Shown here: positions 4,785 through 6,690 of the stretch, one piece after another
Position numbering within the stretch: the stretch's first letter is position 1
Layout: each line of letters opens with the position of its first letter
From: Okeania sp.
Lineage (GTDB): Bacteria > Cyanobacteriota > Cyanobacteriia > Cyanobacteriales > Microcoleaceae
DNA: 6,690 nt
Direction of reading: 5' to 3'
Assembly: GCF_035285525.1 (NCBI RefSeq)
Contig: NZ_JAYKGW010000163.1
Coordinates: 1 to 6,690 of the forward strand
Notes under the pieces: generated by a model
The model's database searches: none
The model's input: only the letters and a program-made list of their open reading frames with translations
What the model was told of the DNA's origin: nothing
Made by a program: the position numbers and the translations under genes

Positions 4785-6690
4785 ATGAAAAGATTCAATT
4801 TGCCAACTTCAGCAGGGATAATATCCCTCTTCCTTTCTTTGTTAAGTGGGGTTACTGTTACTTGGATTGTCCCAACCGCAAAACCTGCTAATGCTATTGA
4901 GGTTTTAGCACAGACTTCCGTCCAGCAAAAAACTCAAGCAGACCAACTCCTGAAACAAGGAATTGAGAATTTGAAAAATAGACAGTTGAAAACAGCGGTT
5001 CAATATTGGCAGCAAGCACTCAAAATTTATCAAAAAATTGGCGATCATGAGGGTGAAGCTGAATCTCTGAGTTTATTGGGGTTTGCTTACAGAACTGTTG
5101 GAGAAAATGAGAAGGCGGTGGAATTTTTGCAGCAGTCTTTAGTTATTTCTCAGGAAATTGGTAATCGTCGAATAGAAGTTAATTCTCTCAACCTTTTGGG
5201 TGATATTTATTATGATTTCAACCAATATCAACAGGTAATTAGAACTCATCAGCAGGTTTTAGCTATAGCAAGAAAAACTGGCGATCGCTCTCTGGCAACT
5301 AATTCTCTGAACAGGTTGGGTGTTGCTCACAAAAATCTAGGGGAGTATCAGAAAGCTATAGAATTTTATCAGCAGTCTATAGTTATTGCAGCAGAAATAG
5401 GTGATGGGAAGAGTGTCGCTGGTACTTTGACTAATCTTGGTAATGCTTATGATCTTTTAGGAGAATATGAGAAGGCAATAGAAGCACATCAGCAGTCTAT
5501 AGTAATTTTTCGTAAGATAGGCGATCGCCAGGGAGAGGCGAAATCTTTGGGTAACTTGGGTGATACTTATCTGAGTGTAGGGGAGTCAGGAAAGGCGATA
5601 GCATCTATGGAACAATCTGTAGTAGTTTTTCGTGAAATAGGCGATCCCCAGGGAACTGCTAAATCTCTGAGTATATTGGGTGATGCTTATATGACTTTAC
5701 GAAGATATCAGAAAGGAATAGAAGCACATCAGCAGTCTGTAGCTATTGCTAAAAAAATAGAAGATTCCCAGAGAATAGCTACATCTCTCAACATTATAGG
5801 GATTGCTTACTATAGTTTGGGAGAATATCAGAAAGCAATAGATTTTAGTCAAGATTCTCTGGCAATAGCAAAAGAAATTCGTAGTCGTAAGTTAGAAGCT
5901 AGTTCTCTAAATAATCTCGCTCTTGTTTATCACATTTTAGGAGAAAATGAAAAGGCAATAGATTTTCATCAAGAGTCTCTCGCTATCCGTCAAGAAATTC
6001 GCGATCGCGATGGTGAAGCTGGTTCTCTGGGTAATTTAGGTCTAATGTATAACAGTTTAGGAGAGTATGAGAAAGCGATAAATTTTCATCAAAAGTCTCT
6101 GGCAATCCATCAAGAAACTAAAAACCGTCAGGGACAAGCGAGGACTCTCCATAACTTGGGTCTTACTTATCAAAGTTTAGGAGATAACACAAAAGCAATA
6201 GACTCTTATCAGCAGTCTTTGGCGATTAAACGAGAAATTGGGGATATTTCGGGGGCGGTAGCATCATTGGGAAATCTGGGTAGTGCTTACAGTAGCTTAG
6301 GAGAGTATGAAAAAGCGGTAGATTTCTATCAGCAGTCTTTAGGTATTGCACAGGATATTGGCGATCGCGGGTGGCAAGCGAGAACACTTTCTAATCTAGC
6401 ATCAGTCAAACGCATTCAAGGTAAGTTGAATGAAGCATTAACAGATATTGAATCAGCTATCAATATTCTAGAACAAATTCGGAGTAGTATTATCACTCAA
6501 GACCTCCGGACATCATACTTTGCCACAGTTCAAGATTACTATCAACTTCATATAGAGATATTAATGGAACTGCACAAACAAAACCCCAATAAAGGCTATG
6601 ATGCTAAAGCATTAAACGTCAGCGAACGCAGTCGTGCCAGAAGTTTATTAGACATCCTAGCAGAATCAGGAGCTGATATCAAAACTGGAG
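4785..6690 (+). CDS. TPR-repeat protein, probable TPR-CHAT (caspase-like) protease, 5' partial (runs off window)
   Basis: The frame is open for more than 635 codons from the stop at 4695-4697 to the window edge, so it is missing from the complete-ORF track. Candidate starts are at 4734, 4755, 4779 and 4785. I prefer 4785 because MKRFNLPTSAGIISLFLSLLSGVTVTWIVPTAKPANA|IEV looks like a signal peptide or membrane anchor. About 12 units of ~40 aa follow with the pattern IGD.xGEAxSLxNLGxAYxxLGEYEKAIEFxQQSLxIxxE. The final region, RSSIITQDLRTSYFATVQDYYQLHIEILMELHKQNPNKGYDAKALNVSERSRARSLLDIL, resembles the linker that precedes CHAT domains in cyanobacterial TPR-CHAT proteins. The CHAT domain itself would lie beyond the window. 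Confidence 0.88.
   Translation, partial: MKRFNLPTSAGIISLFLSLLSGVTVTWIVPTAKPANAIEVLAQTSVQQKTQADQLLKQGIENLKNRQLKTAVQYWQQALKIYQKIGDHEGEAESLSLLGFAYRTVGENEKAVEFLQQSLVISQEIGNRRIEVNSLNLLGDIYYDFNQYQQVIRTHQQVLAIARKTGDRSLATNSLNRLGVAHKNLGEYQKAIEFYQQSIVIAAEIGDGKSVAGTLTNLGNAYDLLGEYEKAIEAHQQSIVIFRKIGDRQGEAKSLGNLGDTYLSVGESGKAIASMEQSVVVFREIGDPQGTAKSLSILGDAYMTLRRYQKGIEAHQQSVAIAKKIEDSQRIATSLNIIGIAYYSLGEYQKAIDFSQDSLAIAKEIRSRKLEASSLNNLALVYHILGENEKAIDFHQESLAIRQEIRDRDGEAGSLGNLGLMYNSLGEYEKAINFHQKSLAIHQETKNRQGQARTLHNLGLTYQSLGDNTKAIDSYQQSLAIKREIGDISGAVASLGNLGSAYSSLGEYEKAVDFYQQSLGIAQDIGDRGWQARTLSNLASVKRIQGKLNEALTDIESAINILEQIRSSIITQDLRTSYFATVQDYYQLHIEILMELHKQNPNKGYDAKALNVSERSRARSLLDILAESGADIKTG
5281..5288. repeat. HIP1 octamer GCGATCGC (codes GDR in a TPR unit)
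   Basis: Exact octamer read in the sequence. Confidence 0.9.
5521..5528. repeat. HIP1 octamer GCGATCGC (codes GDR in a TPR unit)
   Basis: Exact octamer read in the sequence. Confidence 0.9.
6001..6008. repeat. HIP1 octamer GCGATCGC (codes RDR in a TPR unit)
   Basis: Exact octamer read in the sequence. Confidence 0.9.
6361..6368. repeat. HIP1 octamer GCGATCGC (codes GDR in a TPR unit)
   Basis: Exact octamer read in the sequence. Confidence 0.9.

Larger units (their letters stand above)
4920..6480 (+). repeat. 120-bp periodic coding repeats (TPR units)
   Basis: Successive 120-nt segments share recognisable strings such as TTAGGAGA(A/G)TATGA(G/A)AA(G/A)GC(A/G)ATAGA and CATCAGCAGTCT. Confidence 0.85.

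Noticed and set aside
4785-6690. TPR-CHAT as the Csx29/Craspase partner of a type III-E CRISPR system
   Set aside because: No CRISPR array, gRAMP/Cas7-11 or other cas gene is in the window. A secretion signal or anchor plus about 12 TPR units is the common stand-alone cyanobacterial TPR-CHAT architecture. This cannot be excluded for sequence beyond the window.

Overview
AT-rich, cyanobacterial-type DNA with six perfect HIP1 octamers (GCGATCGC) and G5/C5 palindromic short repeats. All convincing genes are on the + strand. Left to right: (1) a non-coding leader containing a head-to-tail ~100-bp tandem duplication. (2) An intact 402-aa caspase-fold peptidase (C14 orthocaspase/metacaspase-like) with a twin-arginine export signal and an intact His/Cys dyad. 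(3) A ~330-bp composite repeat block with palindromic hairpins, a 33-bp inverted repeat around an 80-bp polypurine tract, and a 32-bp tandem repeat. (4) A ~2.2-kb island of small cassettes. It holds an intact 123-aa ORF, then an HNH nuclease gene broken by one amber codon next to the catalytic His. Next comes a small-protein gene broken by a frameshift in an A8 run. After that is a retropepsin-like (DTG) aspartyl protease gene with a lost start and three in-frame TAA codons. The island ends with three further decayed or partial copies of the 123-aa gene, arranged head to tail. (5) The 5' 1.9 kb of a long ORF open to the window edge. It encodes an N-terminal signal or anchor, about 12 forty-residue TPR units, and the linker that usually precedes a CHAT (caspase-like) protease domain. 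No rRNA, tRNA, CRISPR array, transposase or integrase was seen. The best candidate for something new is the arrangement itself: two apparently exported caspase-fold proteases bracket a decaying graveyard of nuclease and protease two-gene cassettes. All family assignments come from motif recognition by eye and need database confirmation.
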